Of a DNA stretch of 64,000 nucleotides, positions 9,622 through 18,819 are shown one piece after another. Position numbers and translations under genes: made by a program. Position 1 is the stretch's first letter. Each line of letters starts with the position of its first letter. The stretch is from the NCBI GenBank assembly GCA_035651635.1, contig DASRFK010000179.1:41686-105685 (forward strand), written 5' to 3'. A model generated the notes under the pieces. It was not told the DNA's origin. It ran no database searches and saw nothing but the letters and a program-made list of their open reading frames with translations. The DNA is from Verrucomicrobiia bacterium (GTDB taxonomy: Bacteria > Verrucomicrobiota > Verrucomicrobiia > Limisphaerales > UBA8199).

Positions 9622-9649
9622 CTATATTTCGTTTAATGGCGAAATATAG
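9622..9649. promoter_or_regulatory. Candidate ArsR/SmtB operator: perfect 10-bp inverted repeat CTATATTTCG-N8-CGAAATATAG ending 10 bp before the arsR start
   Basis: Seen directly. ArsR-family repressors bind dyad sites overlapping their own promoter. Confidence 0.5.
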
Positions 9650-9658
9650 AAAAACGAT

Positions 9659-10024
9659 ATGCGCGACTTGCTGAAGATCACCAAGGCGCTGGCGGATGAA
9701 AACCGCATTCGCGCGCTGCTGGCTTTGCGAGAAGGCGAATTGTGCGCCTGCCAAATCACCGAACTGTTCGGGTTGGCGCCTTCAACCATGTCGAAGCACA
9801 TGTCGATTCTTTACCAGGCTGGATTGGTGGACTCCCGCAAGGAGGGGCGGTGGATTTATTTCCGGTTAGCTGATGGGGAGGCCCCAGCCGTGGTGAAAAA
9901 GGCAATCGATTGGATTTGCAAAGCCGCCGCAGACCAGCCTCGAGTTCAGAAGGATACGAAGCAATTGAAAAAAATCATGAGGATGAACCCGAGCGAAATT
10001 TGCAAGCGGCAATGTTGCCCATGA
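9659..10024 (+). CDS. arsR: ArsR-family arsenic-responsive transcriptional repressor
   Basis: wHTH protein with the ELCACQITE metal(loid)-binding Cys pair motif. First gene of the arsR-arsC-acr3 cluster. Confidence 0.85.
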   Translation: MRDLLKITKALADENRIRALLALREGELCACQITELFGLAPSTMSKHMSILYQAGLVDSRKEGRWIYFRLADGEAPAVVKKAIDWICKAAADQPRVQKDTKQLKKIMRMNPSEICKRQCCP

Positions 10025-10464
10025 AAAAACCCACCATTCTGATTCTCTGCACGGGGAACTCGTGCCGCAGCCATCTGGCCGAGGGCGTGCTGCAAAAGGC
10101 TCTGGGCGAACGTTATGACGTGCAAAGCGCGGGGTCGAAGCCGGCTGGCTACGTGCATCCTTTGGCGATTCGGGTCATGAACGAGCTCGGGATCGACATT
10201 TCCGGCCACCACTCAAAGCATCTCGAACAATTTTTAAACCAACCCGTGGAAACAGTGATTACGGTTTGTGGTAATGCCGACCAGGTCTGTCCGGTCTTTC
10301 CCGGGCAGGTGAACCGTTATCACTGGGGGTTTGACGATCCTGCCCAGGCCACGGGAACTGACGAGGAAAAATTGGCCGTGTTCCGGCGAGTGCGGGATGA
10401 GATCAAGAAAGTATTCGAGGCCTACGCGGCCGGACGACGTGACCAGGCCAAATCGCTAAAATGA
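10021..10464 (+). CDS. arsC: Arsenate reductase, LMW-PTP family (thioredoxin-coupled type)
   Basis: CX5R P-loop ([14 protein letters not shown]) plus the downstream Cys pair ([10 protein letters not shown]). The likely start (ATG at 10021 or 10012) overlaps the arsR stop. Confidence 0.85.
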   Translation: MKKPTILILCTGNSCRSHLAEGVLQKALGERYDVQSAGSKPAGYVHPLAIRVMNELGIDISGHHSKHLEQFLNQPVETVITVCGNADQVCPVFPGQVNRYHWGFDDPAQATGTDEEKLAVFRRVRDEIKKVFEAYAAGRRDQAKSLK

Positions 10465-11576
10465 GCACCTCATCTGTCGCCGCACAGGAGTTTCCCGTTC
10501 CTGTGAAAAAGCGCCTCGCCTTTTTTGAGCGCTACCTGACCCTCTGGGTCCTGCTCTGCATGGTCGTCGGCGTCGCGTTTGGCAAAGTATTTCCAGACCT
10601 GACCGCGACTCTCAGCAAACTGGAATTCGGCCAGGGATCGCAAGTGAACGTGTCCATTGGAATTCTACTCTGGCTGATGATCTACCCGATGATGCTGAAG
10701 GTGGATTTCGGTTCGATTGGCGGCATTGCCCGCAGACCCAAAGGGCTGCTCGTCACATTGCTGGTAAATTGGCTGATAAAACCTTTCAGCATGGCGCTGC
10801 TGGCCTGGGTCTTCATGCAGCACGTGTTTGCCGCGTGGATCGACCCTGAAACGGCGAGGAACTACACGGCCGGGTTGATTATCCTTGCTGCAGCTCCTTG
10901 CACGGCCATGGTTTTTGTTTGGTCCTACCTTACCGAGGGCGACCCGGCTTATACGCTGGTTCAGGTCGCCGTGAATGATTTGATCATGCTCATCGCCTTT
11001 GCGCCCATCGTGATGTTCCTATGCGGTGTCGCCCACGTGGTTGTGCCAGCAAAGGTCCTCATCACCTCGGTCGTCGTGTTCATCGTGATCCCGCTGACTG
11101 CCGGGTGGCTTACGCGAACGGTCTTGCTGAAATCCCAGGGCCAGGCGTGGTTCGAACAGAACTTCCTTCCCAAGTTTCACCCAGTGATGATTGGCGCGCT
11201 TCTGCTCACGCTGGTGCTTATCTTCGCTTTTCAATCCGAAAACCTCATCAAACGGTGGATCGCCGTGCTGCTCATCGCCGTGCCGATCGTCATCCAAGTG
11301 TACTTTAATTCAGGCCTGGCGTACCTGTTGATGCGGCTGCTGCGCGTCGAACATAACGTCGCTTCCCCAGGCGCGCTGATTGGTGCCAGCAACTTTTTTG
11401 AGCTGGCCGTCGCCGTGGCCATTACCCTCTTTGGCGCCAATTCTGGCGCCGCATTGGCCACCGTAGTCGGAGTGCTCGTGGAAGTCCCGGTAATGCTCTC
11501 AGTCTGCAGCTTCTGCAACCGGACCCGTCATTGGTTTCCAGGACAATTGGACTCGGCCTCCGCGCCCCCGGGCTAG
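10461..11576 (+). CDS. acr3: Arsenite efflux permease, ACR3 family
   Basis: 371-aa polytopic membrane protein matching the ACR3/ArsB-BART family ([17 protein letters not shown]...). 4-nt overlap with the arsC stop. Confidence 0.9.
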   Translation: MSTSSVAAQEFPVPVKKRLAFFERYLTLWVLLCMVVGVAFGKVFPDLTATLSKLEFGQGSQVNVSIGILLWLMIYPMMLKVDFGSIGGIARRPKGLLVTLLVNWLIKPFSMALLAWVFMQHVFAAWIDPETARNYTAGLIILAAAPCTAMVFVWSYLTEGDPAYTLVQVAVNDLIMLIAFAPIVMFLCGVAHVVVPAKVLITSVVVFIVIPLTAGWLTRTVLLKSQGQAWFEQNFLPKFHPVMIGALLLTLVLIFAFQSENLIKRWIAVLLIAVPIVIQVYFNSGLAYLLMRLLRVEHNVASPGALIGASNFFELAVAVAITLFGANSGAALATVVGVLVEVPVMLSVCSFCNRTRHWFPGQLDSASAPPG

Positions 11577-11657
11577 TCGGCGACCCCTGGCGCAGCGTTC
11601 TTGCCGCACCGTGCACCGGAGGTCGGCACTGCGTTCCGACCCCTCTGGGTACTGTCT

Positions 11658-11677
11658 GGCAACCCTCGCGGGTTGCC
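11658..11677. promoter_or_regulatory. Perfect 8-bp inverted repeat GGCAACCC-TCGC-GGGTTGCC between acr3 and phoU
   Basis: Seen directly. Could be a weak terminator hairpin (no T-run) or an operator. Confidence 0.3.
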
Positions 11678-11759
11678 TGCCAAACCCATGGACCCTCGCA
11701 ACAGATCCAATCCATCAACCCGCTTTACAAATGTTGAAGGAAGTTCATGTGACGAACGC

Positions 11760-12989
11760 ATGACATCAGCGGCTTTGGAATCGCCCACAAATGTAACAAA
11801 ACATCCGAGATTAGCCGGCATAAATTCATGGCCTTGGCACATTCGGCATGATAAGAATTCAACCCGATTGAATCAGCGTTCACATCTTGAAGAATCGTTG
11901 CAGCGTGATATCGATGCCATCCGCGCCAAAGTCACCGAGATGGCCGGGCTAAGCGAAAGAGCGCTCAAAGCCAGCCTGGAAAGCCTGACGGAGGGAAACC
12001 GGCAATTGGCCTATTCCATCATTCTTCGGGACCGGTATATCGATGAACTGGAGACGGAACTGGATCGGCTCTGCCTGCAATTCCTGGTGCGCCAGCAGCC
12101 GGTAGCCGGACATTTGCGATTGGTCTTTGCGACTATTCTGATCAACCGGGAACTGGAGCGCATTGGGGACTACGCGGAGAGCATTGCGCGTCAGGTCCTG
12201 TTGTTGGGAACCCTTGAGGCTCGGCCAAATTACGGCAAGATCATCGAGCTTGGCAATTTGTCCGTTCACATGCTTCAGGATGCGGTACGGTCGTTTCTGC
12301 AACAGGACGGTGATCTCGCGGCCCGCACCATCCCGATTGAAGAGCGAGCCAACTCCATGCGTACCGCGATCAATGCCGAGCTGAAAGAGTTGGGCGACTC
12401 CGGCAAGCTCCCGCTGGCCGCGGTCGAGCCGCTGATGACCATTGCCCGGCGCCTGGAGCGCGTCACCGATCAGGCCAAGAACCTTTGCGAAGAGGTCCTC
12501 TACATGTGCACGGGTGAATTCGCCAAGCACAAGGGCACCGGCGAGTTCCGGATCCTCTTCTTTGATGCGGAGAACAAATGCTTGAGCCAAATGGCCGAAG
12601 CCATCGCCAAATCACTGCGGCTGCAGGGTTTTGTTTTCAGCAGCGCGGGAATTACGCCGCAACCCGTGGATGCGCGCCTGGTGGATTTTATGGCCACCAA
12701 AGGCATCGATATCTCCGCCCAGTCCGCCAAGTCGATCGAACAAGTGCAGCCGTGGGAGCAGTACCAAGTCATTGTGGCCCTCGGGACTCAGGCTCAGGAA
12801 ACCCTCCCTCCCCGCCCGTTCAAGCCGGTCATTTTTGCGTGGTCCATCACGGATCCATCGGGGGCGAGAGGTGAGCCGGAGGTTGTTCGTGCCGCGTTCG
12901 AATCGGCTTACCAATCTCTGGAATCCCAAATCCGCGAATTGATGGCGGCAGTTTTGCTGGAACCTCAACAGCCAGAATTCAAATTATGA
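11760..12989 (+). CDS. phoU: PhoU phosphate-signalling regulator fused to a C-terminal catalytically degenerate LMW-PTP/ArsC-like domain
   Basis: N-terminal ~230 aa are PhoU-like (two repeats with the ERIGDYAE / ERVTDQA motifs). C-terminal ~150 aa align to LMW-PTP (ILFFDAENKCLSQMAEA vs consensus CTGNTCRSPMAEA), with the nucleophile Cys replaced by Asp and the Arg by Leu. Start placed at ATG 11760; the ORF could begin earlier (11601). Confidence 0.75.
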   Translation: MTSAALESPTNVTKHPRLAGINSWPWHIRHDKNSTRLNQRSHLEESLQRDIDAIRAKVTEMAGLSERALKASLESLTEGNRQLAYSIILRDRYIDELETELDRLCLQFLVRQQPVAGHLRLVFATILINRELERIGDYAESIARQVLLLGTLEARPNYGKIIELGNLSVHMLQDAVRSFLQQDGDLAARTIPIEERANSMRTAINAELKELGDSGKLPLAAVEPLMTIARRLERVTDQAKNLCEEVLYMCTGEFAKHKGTGEFRILFFDAENKCLSQMAEAIAKSLRLQGFVFSSAGITPQPVDARLVDFMATKGIDISAQSAKSIEQVQPWEQYQVIVALGTQAQETLPPRPFKPVIFAWSITDPSGARGEPEVVRAAFESAYQSLESQIRELMAAVLLEPQQPEFKL

Positions 12990-13921
12990 TCCATTACACA
13001 ACAAATTCATCGCTTCTGAAGCTTGGAATTCTGTCCGCGTCTCTCGCCTTTTGCCTGCTGCCCATGGGTTGCGGCAAAAGTGGAAACAGCACCGGCACTG
13101 GCTCAGGCCAAAAGGTTACCCTGCAGAATAAAGGGTCCGACACCATGGTGAACCTAGCTCAGGCTTGGGCCGAGGAATACAAGAAAGTTGCGCCGGACGT
13201 CGAGGTCGAAGTGTCCGGTGGCGGTTCGGGAGTGGGCATCGCGGCGCTGGTCAAAGGAACCATCGATATCGCCAATGCCAGCCGCAACATGAAGCCGGAG
13301 GAGATCGAGGAGGCCAAGAAGAACACGGGCAAGGAGCCCAAGGAGATTGTCGTCGGCTATGATGCTCTGGCCATTTACGTTCACAAATCCAATCCCCTGG
13401 ATGAAATCACCCTGGATCAACTGGCCCAGATTTACGCCGAAGGCGGGAAGATTACCAAATGGTCTGATTTGGGTGTTAAAATCCCCGGCACGGCCAACGA
13501 TGAAATTGTCCGGGTCAGCCGCCAATCGAACTCGGGCACCTATGAGTTCCTGCGCGAGCACGTGCTGAATAAAAGGGATTTCAAGCTCGGCTCGCGGGAT
13601 ATGAACGGCTCGAAAGAAGTGGTCGAGTTGGTCTCCTCGACACCCACGGCCATTGGCTATAGCGGTATGGGCTATGCCACCCCGGCGGTGAAGATGCTTA
13701 AAGTCAAAAAGACGGCCACGGATCCCGCTTACGAGCCAAGCGTCGCCACGGCGTTGGCCAAGACCTACCCCATTGCCCGCACGCTGCAGGTTTACACTCT
13801 CGGCGAGCCCCAGGGCGCGGCCAAGGCCTATATCGATTGGATTCTATCTGATGCGGGCCAAAAAGTGGTTGAAGCCAGCGGCTACGTTCCGCTTCCCGCC
13901 GCGGCACGGATAAAGCCCTGA
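12986..13921 (+). CDS. pstS: Phosphate ABC transporter substrate-binding (lipo)protein PstS
   Basis: Signal peptide with a lipobox-like LPMGC, then the PstS family fold (SGGGSGVGIAAL..., ...IGYSGMGYA...). Confidence 0.85.
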   Translation: MIHYTTNSSLLKLGILSASLAFCLLPMGCGKSGNSTGTGSGQKVTLQNKGSDTMVNLAQAWAEEYKKVAPDVEVEVSGGGSGVGIAALVKGTIDIANASRNMKPEEIEEAKKNTGKEPKEIVVGYDALAIYVHKSNPLDEITLDQLAQIYAEGGKITKWSDLGVKIPGTANDEIVRVSRQSNSGTYEFLREHVLNKRDFKLGSRDMNGSKEVVELVSSTPTAIGYSGMGYATPAVKMLKVKKTATDPAYEPSVATALAKTYPIARTLQVYTLGEPQGAAKAYIDWILSDAGQKVVEASGYVPLPAAARIKP

Positions 13922-13961
13922 CGCCCCGGTAACGGCGGAGACTTTTTCTCGAAGCAAGTGA

Positions 13962-14951
13962 GTGGCCTCGGACGTATTTGTATCGGGCCAAGGCCAACCC
14001 GGAATGAACTCAATCACGCCACCCGAGCCAGCCGAGCGGAGTTTAAACGTCCGGCGGTCTGTGCGGCCTGCCTGGGCCGTGGTCGGTGAACGTGCCCTGG
14101 AATCATTGATTCACCTGTGCGGTGTCAGCGCGATCATTTTCGTGATCGGCATTTTCTTTTTCGTTTTCAAAGAGGCCTTTCCTGTCCTGCTCGGTGGAAA
14201 ATTCAGTTTGAGCCAGTTTCTTTTCAGTGATCAATGGTATCCCACGTCCGAGGTCAACAAGCGGTACGGGGTGCTCGCGATGATCGCCGGAACCTTTAGC
14301 GTAACCGGATTGGCCATGTTGATCGCCGTGCCGTTTGGGCTGGGCGCGGCTATTTTCCTGTCTGAGTTCTGTGGATCCAAAGCGAAGGAAACGCTCAAGA
14401 TCGTCATTGAGTTGCTGGCGGCCATTCCCAGTGTGGTTTGGGGATTTGTGGGTTTGACGGTGATGAGTCGCCTCATCACCAAGTACACCGGCGCTCCGGT
14501 CGGTGTGAATGTTCTTAATGGCGGGATCATCCTGGCGCTGATGAGCGTGCCCATCATCGTGTCCATCGGCGAGGATGCCCTCAAGGCCGTGCCCGATGCT
14601 TACCGCGAAGCCGCTTTGGCCCTGGGCGCCACCCGCTGGCAACTGATCTGCCGCGTCCTGTTGCCGGCGGCAAAAACCGGGCTGCTGGCCGCCGTTCTGC
14701 TCGGCGTCGCCCGCGCCGTGGGGGAAACCATGGCCGTCCTGATGGCCACCGGGCATGCCGTCCATATTCCCCATAGTATCTTGGACTCGGTTCGCACCCT
14801 GACCGCTAACATCGCGGCCGAGCTGGGGGAAGCGCCGGCGAACTCCGTCCATTACCGGGTTTTGTTTCTCACGGGTGTGCTGTTGTTTTTGATGACCTTC
14901 ATCGTCAATCTAACGGCGGATTTAATCGTGCGGGGCACTCGAAGGAGATGA
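13962..14951 (+). CDS. pstC: Phosphate ABC transporter permease PstC
   Basis: Polytopic permease with an EAA-like loop (...ALALGATRWQLI...). Operon position matches. Confidence 0.9.
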   Translation: MASDVFVSGQGQPGMNSITPPEPAERSLNVRRSVRPAWAVVGERALESLIHLCGVSAIIFVIGIFFFVFKEAFPVLLGGKFSLSQFLFSDQWYPTSEVNKRYGVLAMIAGTFSVTGLAMLIAVPFGLGAAIFLSEFCGSKAKETLKIVIELLAAIPSVVWGFVGLTVMSRLITKYTGAPVGVNVLNGGIILALMSVPIIVSIGEDALKAVPDAYREAALALGATRWQLICRVLLPAAKTGLLAAVLLGVARAVGETMAVLMATGHAVHIPHSILDSVRTLTANIAAELGEAPANSVHYRVLFLTGVLLFLMTFIVNLTADLIVRGTRRR

Positions 14952-15853
14952 GCGACCATCCCAACCAGCTTTTTGCCGAGACGTCCTTCGTCCGGCGCAA
15001 GCAGCGACAGGAGGGCGTCGCGAAATGGGTTTTGGGCAGCATGGCAGGACTGATGATCATCCCCTTGGTTTTGATTGTCGGCTACCTGATCGCGCGCGCC
15101 TGGCCATCGCTCAGCCTGAGCTTTATCACCCAAGTGCCCATTCGGGGTATGCGCGAAGGCGGCGTGTGGCCGGCGTTTGTCGGCACGATTTATCTGGTGT
15201 TCCTTTCGCTGGCGGTAGCCGCCCCGATCGGGATCCTGGCGGCGGTTTACCTCAACGAATATGCCCGGGATAACTGGCTTAACCGCCTGATCAACCTGGC
15301 GGTGATCAACCTGGCCGGTGTGCCGAGCATTGTCCACGCCCTGTTTGGGCTGGGCGCATTCGTTTATGCGGCAAAGTTTGGTTACTCGATCATTTCGGCT
15401 TCGCTGACGTTGGCCATCATGACGTTGCCTGTGATCATCGCGAGCACGCGCGAGGCGCTTGCCAGCGTGCCGCGCAATTTCCGGGAGGCCTGTTGGAACG
15501 TAGGGGCCACCCGCTGGCAAACGATCCAAGCCGTCGTCCTGCCTAACGCCATCAGCGGCATTCTGACCGGTGTCATTCTGCAAGTGAGCCGCGCCGCCGG
15601 CGAGACGGCACCGATTATGTTTACCGGCGCGGTCTTCTTCAAGGCGGTCCAGCGAGGCGACCTCTTCCCTTACGCTCTGCATGACCAATGCATGGCCTTG
15701 TCGATGCATCTTTATGTGCTCTCGACCCAAGTGCCCGATGTGAAGGAATCCATTCCCTTCGCCACCGCGGTCGTGTTGTTGGGTTCGGTCCTGCTGGTCA
15801 ATGCCACCGCCATCACGGTGCGGGTGTATCTGCGCTCGCGCAAAAAGTGGTAG
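14948..15853 (+). CDS. pstA: Phosphate ABC transporter permease PstA
   Basis: Permease with the EAxxxxGATRWQ motif. 4-nt overlap with pstC. Confidence 0.9.
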   Translation: MSDHPNQLFAETSFVRRKQRQEGVAKWVLGSMAGLMIIPLVLIVGYLIARAWPSLSLSFITQVPIRGMREGGVWPAFVGTIYLVFLSLAVAAPIGILAAVYLNEYARDNWLNRLINLAVINLAGVPSIVHALFGLGAFVYAAKFGYSIISASLTLAIMTLPVIIASTREALASVPRNFREACWNVGATRWQTIQAVVLPNAISGILTGVILQVSRAAGETAPIMFTGAVFFKAVQRGDLFPYALHDQCMALSMHLYVLSTQVPDVKESIPFATAVVLLGSVLLVNATAITVRVYLRSRKKW

Positions 15854-15879
15854 TGTTCGAGCCGCAAAACCGTGGTCAC

Positions 15880-16641
15880 ATGAGTTCCGAAAAGCACATC
15901 CAGGTTGACGGCCTTCGCCTCTCCTACGGGCCAAAGGAAGTCATTCATGGTATCTCCTTCCATATTCTTCGGAACGAAATCTTCGGCATCATCGGTCCCG
16001 CGCAATCCGGCAAAACCTCGCTCCTGAAGTGCATCAACCGGACGATTGATTTTTCTCCTGAGGCCCGGGTTAGCGGGAGCATCAAAGTCGATGGCCACGA
16101 CGTGCGGGAAACCAAAAGCATTTACGAACTACGCCGCAGGATTGGGATGGTTGCGCCATTGCCGGTCGGCTTGCCGCTCAGCATTTACGATAACGTCGCG
16201 TTCGCTCCCCGGTGCGCCGGCATTCGGCGTAAGGGGGAACTCAACGAGATCGTCGAACAGTGCCTGCACCAGGCAGCCCTCTGGGATGAGGTCAAGGACC
16301 GGCTCGACAGCCTGGGGACCAAGCTTTCCGGCGGCCAGCAACAACGCCTCACCATCGCCCGCGCCCTGTCGCATCAACCGGAGATTCTTTGCCTGGACGA
16401 ATTCTCGATCGCCATCGACCCGGTCACCACCATGCGCATTGAAGACGTTCTCAAGGTGCTCCGCCGGCAGATGACCATCATCCTGGTCACAAATCTCACT
16501 CAGCAGGCCCGGCGTTTGGCCGATCGCACCATGTTCCTTTGGAATGGCGAAATCGTTGAACTCGATCGCAGCGAGGTCGTCTTTTCCGACCGTCCAGGCA
16601 ATCCAAAGACCTACGACTATGTGAACGGCATTTTCGGATGA
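15880..16641 (+). CDS. pstB: Phosphate ABC transporter ATP-binding protein PstB (copy 1)
   Basis: Walker A (GPAQSGKTS), ABC signature (LSGGQQQRL), Walker B (ILCLDE). Start reassigned to ATG 15880, since the longer ORF overlaps pstA. Confidence 0.9.
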   Translation: MSSEKHIQVDGLRLSYGPKEVIHGISFHILRNEIFGIIGPAQSGKTSLLKCINRTIDFSPEARVSGSIKVDGHDVRETKSIYELRRRIGMVAPLPVGLPLSIYDNVAFAPRCAGIRRKGELNEIVEQCLHQAALWDEVKDRLDSLGTKLSGGQQQRLTIARALSHQPEILCLDEFSIAIDPVTTMRIEDVLKVLRRQMTIILVTNLTQQARRLADRTMFLWNGEIVELDRSEVVFSDRPGNPKTYDYVNGIFG

Positions 16642-17414
16642 GCGATTCCCTCCAAAGCGGCATCTCGACCCACAACCTGAATTTGTGGTACGCCAAATTT
16701 CAGGCGTTGATCAATGTAACCGTAAACATCAAGGACGGGTTGATCACCTCGCTGATTGGACCTTCGGGTTGCGGCAAGACCACGCTGCTGCGTTGCTTCA
16801 ACCGGGTCAACGAACGCTACAGTTACGTCACCACCACCGGCCAAATCCGAATTCTGGGCAAAAACATCTACGATCCGGACGTTTCGCTCATTGAGCTGCG
16901 CAAATCAGTAGGCATGGTTTTTCAACGACCCAACCCGCTGCCGATCTCCGTTTACGAAAACGTCGTGTTCGGCTTGCGCATTCACACTCGCGGCCGGGAT
17001 TTGAACCGAGCCAGCCTCGATCAAGCCGTGGAAACATCGCTGACCGAGGTGGGGCTGTGGAAAGATCTCAAAGACCGGCTCCAGGCCAAAGCCACCGGGC
17101 TTCAGCTCGAACAACAACAGAAGCTCTGCATCGCGCGGCTCTTGCCCCTCAAACCTCGAGTGATTCTGATGGATGAACCATGCTCCGCGCTGGATGTGGA
17201 GGGCACCCGCGCGATTGAGGAATTGATGTTCGGGCTGAAGGGCCGCTACACCCTTCTCATCGTCACCCACAATATGGCCCAGGCCCGCCGGGCCAGCGAC
17301 GAGTGCATCTTCATGCTGCTCGGCGAGATGATCGAACACAGCCGGACCGAACAACTCTTCCTCGCTCCAAAACATCCGAAAACCGCCGAATACATTGAAG
17401 GGCGTTACGGATGA
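16638..17414 (+). CDS. pstB: Phosphate ABC transporter ATP-binding protein PstB (copy 2)
   Basis: Walker A (GPSGCGKTT), signature (LQLEQQQKLCIAR), Walker B (VILMDEP). 4-nt overlap with copy 1. Confidence 0.9.
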   Translation: MSDSLQSGISTHNLNLWYAKFQALINVTVNIKDGLITSLIGPSGCGKTTLLRCFNRVNERYSYVTTTGQIRILGKNIYDPDVSLIELRKSVGMVFQRPNPLPISVYENVVFGLRIHTRGRDLNRASLDQAVETSLTEVGLWKDLKDRLQAKATGLQLEQQQKLCIARLLPLKPRVILMDEPCSALDVEGTRAIEELMFGLKGRYTLLIVTHNMAQARRASDECIFMLLGEMIEHSRTEQLFLAPKHPKTAEYIEGRYG

Positions 17415-17431
17415 GCTCAGGGAATTGTTAG

Positions 17432-17590
17432 CAGGTGATCAGGTTTTCAAGTTATCACGACTGAGCTCTCTGGAACTTGTAACATCCCGCGTGGATGAAT
17501 AAAAATAGCCCGGTTCTTCAAGGGTCGCAGCCCGCGCAGACCTCCGGTTAACGCCTTGATAACCTGATACCCTGATAACTTGATAACCCT
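17432..17590. repeat. Two clusters of the GTTATCAN-family octamer repeat (17432-17459 and, on the minus strand, 17554-17590: GTTATCAA GTTATCAG GGTATCAG GTTATCAA)
   Basis: Seen directly. Intergenic region between pstB2 and the ORF6N gene. Confidence 0.55.
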
Positions 17591-17601
17591 CGGTCCACAG
17601 C

Positions 17602-17768
17602 CGCCCTCTGGGATTCCTTGCAGGATGGGGGCTGAAATCCAGAGGAGGTTGGGTTGCCAAGCTCGCGGGCAGACTCTAGTAAGCCAGTTTAGCTTTTGCG
17701 TTCTTGCGCTCCTTCGCGGCAACCTTCTCGCGTTTGCGCAGGCGCGCTCGTGGCGATGAGTTTCAGAA
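17602..17768. repeat. Copy A of a ~165-bp diverged direct duplication of the mazG 3' end plus downstream sequence (partner at 18662-18819)
   Basis: Blocks such as CTCYGGGATTCCTTSCAGGATGGG, AGWSYCTAGTAAGCCAGTT and CGCGGCAACCTTCTCSCGTTTGCGC.AGGCGCGCTCGTGGCG.TGAGTTTCAGA are shared in order between the two loci. Confidence 0.7.
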
Positions 17769-18347
17769 GGCGAACTTCATCGCCGGAGTGTGGATTTTGG
17801 TTTGGCGCGGTGAGGGTCGGCATCCTTTGACGTGGAAGCCGATTTCGCGCGGCGGCTGTTGAGGAATGGACGGATTCATGAGTTGCCGAATGGCTTCGAA
17901 AAGGGAGCGGATGGCGTCGTCATGACCTTCGATGCGTTTTTCCAGTTCGGAGAGCTTGCGAGCGAGCTCGACGTGGCTGCCAAGCACCCGGCGGAGTTGG
18001 ACGAAGGCGCGCATGATGGCGATGTTGACCTGAACGGCGCGGTCGCTGTGGAGCACGGTGGAGAGCATGGCGACTCCTTGCTCCGTGAAGGCGAACGGGA
18101 GATACTTGAAATGCTGTCCGCGCCTTAAGCTTCCAAATTGGAATCTTAAAGCCTCGGACTCTTCGGGCGTAAGCTGGAACATGAAATCCGGCGGAAACCG
18201 GCCGAGGTTGCGCTTGACCGCTTTGTTGAGGTTGCCCGTCGAAACGCCATACAAGATGGCCAAGTCCCGATCGAGCATTACTTTCTCGCCTCGGAGCAAG
18301 TAGATTGTTCTTTGGATTCGCTCGATCGGAATAAGTGAGGATTGCAT
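17763..18347 (-). CDS. ORF6N (KilA-N-related) domain DNA-binding protein
   Basis: 194 aa. N-terminal ORF6N-like region ([49 protein letters not shown]...) with a coiled C-terminal half. Lies inside the segment bracketed by the mazG-3'-end duplication. Confidence 0.7.
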   Translation of the reverse strand: MQSSLIPIERIQRTIYLLRGEKVMLDRDLAILYGVSTGNLNKAVKRNLGRFPPDFMFQLTPEESEALRFQFGSLRRGQHFKYLPFAFTEQGVAMLSTVLHSDRAVQVNIAIMRAFVQLRRVLGSHVELARKLSELEKRIEGHDDAIRSLFEAIRQLMNPSIPQQPPREIGFHVKGCRPSPRQTKIHTPAMKFAF

Positions 18348-18351
18348 ATAA

Positions 18352-18372
18352 GGTTATCAAGTCATCAGGTGG
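18352..18372. repeat. GTTATCAA-GTCATCAG octamer pair immediately upstream of the ORF6N start
   Basis: Same octamer family as the other loci. Confidence 0.45.
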
Positions 18373-18661
18373 GAGCGTGGGGTTTTGGGCGGGCTGTGTC
18401 GAATGCCGATACATGATGATTTCTGTCGATTCTGGGCGGGGTGCAATCATTTCTGTGGTCATTAACCGGAGGTCCGCGCTGCCTTGCCTCCGGCTGCTAT
18501 CTGGCAGTCCTGACCGGTTACAGGCTTAGCTGCGGGTGGAACTGAAATTTCTGGTGAGATTAGGTAAGAAACGGGCTGGAGTATCGGCCGTCCCTTCGGG
18601 ACTTGGGGGTTTTCCGATGCCACAACCCAGCGCTGAAGCGCTGGGCTATTTTCGGTCATCC

Positions 18662-18819
18662 CTCCGGGATTCCTTCCAGGATGGGATTCAGACGATGTTG
18701 GATTACCCAGTCCTCAGGGCAGAGCCTAGTAAGCCAGTTCACCTTTTGCGTTCTTTGCGCTCTTTCGCGGCAACCTTCTCCCGTTTGCGCCAGGCGCGCT
18801 CGTGGCGCTGAGTTTCAGA
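18662..18819. repeat. Copy B of the ~165-bp duplication; overlaps the 3' end of mazG
   Basis: See copy A at 17602-17768. Confidence 0.7.

Noticed and set aside
9327-9636. Two small plus-strand ORFs (91 and 74 aa) in the aminopeptidase/arsR divergent region
   Set aside because: They overlap the long palindrome and the arsR operator, have no RBS context or domain similarity, and are more likely non-coding promoter DNA.
14852-15934. 360-aa minus-strand ORF spanning pstC/pstA
   Set aside because: Antisense to two strongly supported permease genes. The Arg/His/Asp-rich translation has no domain features.
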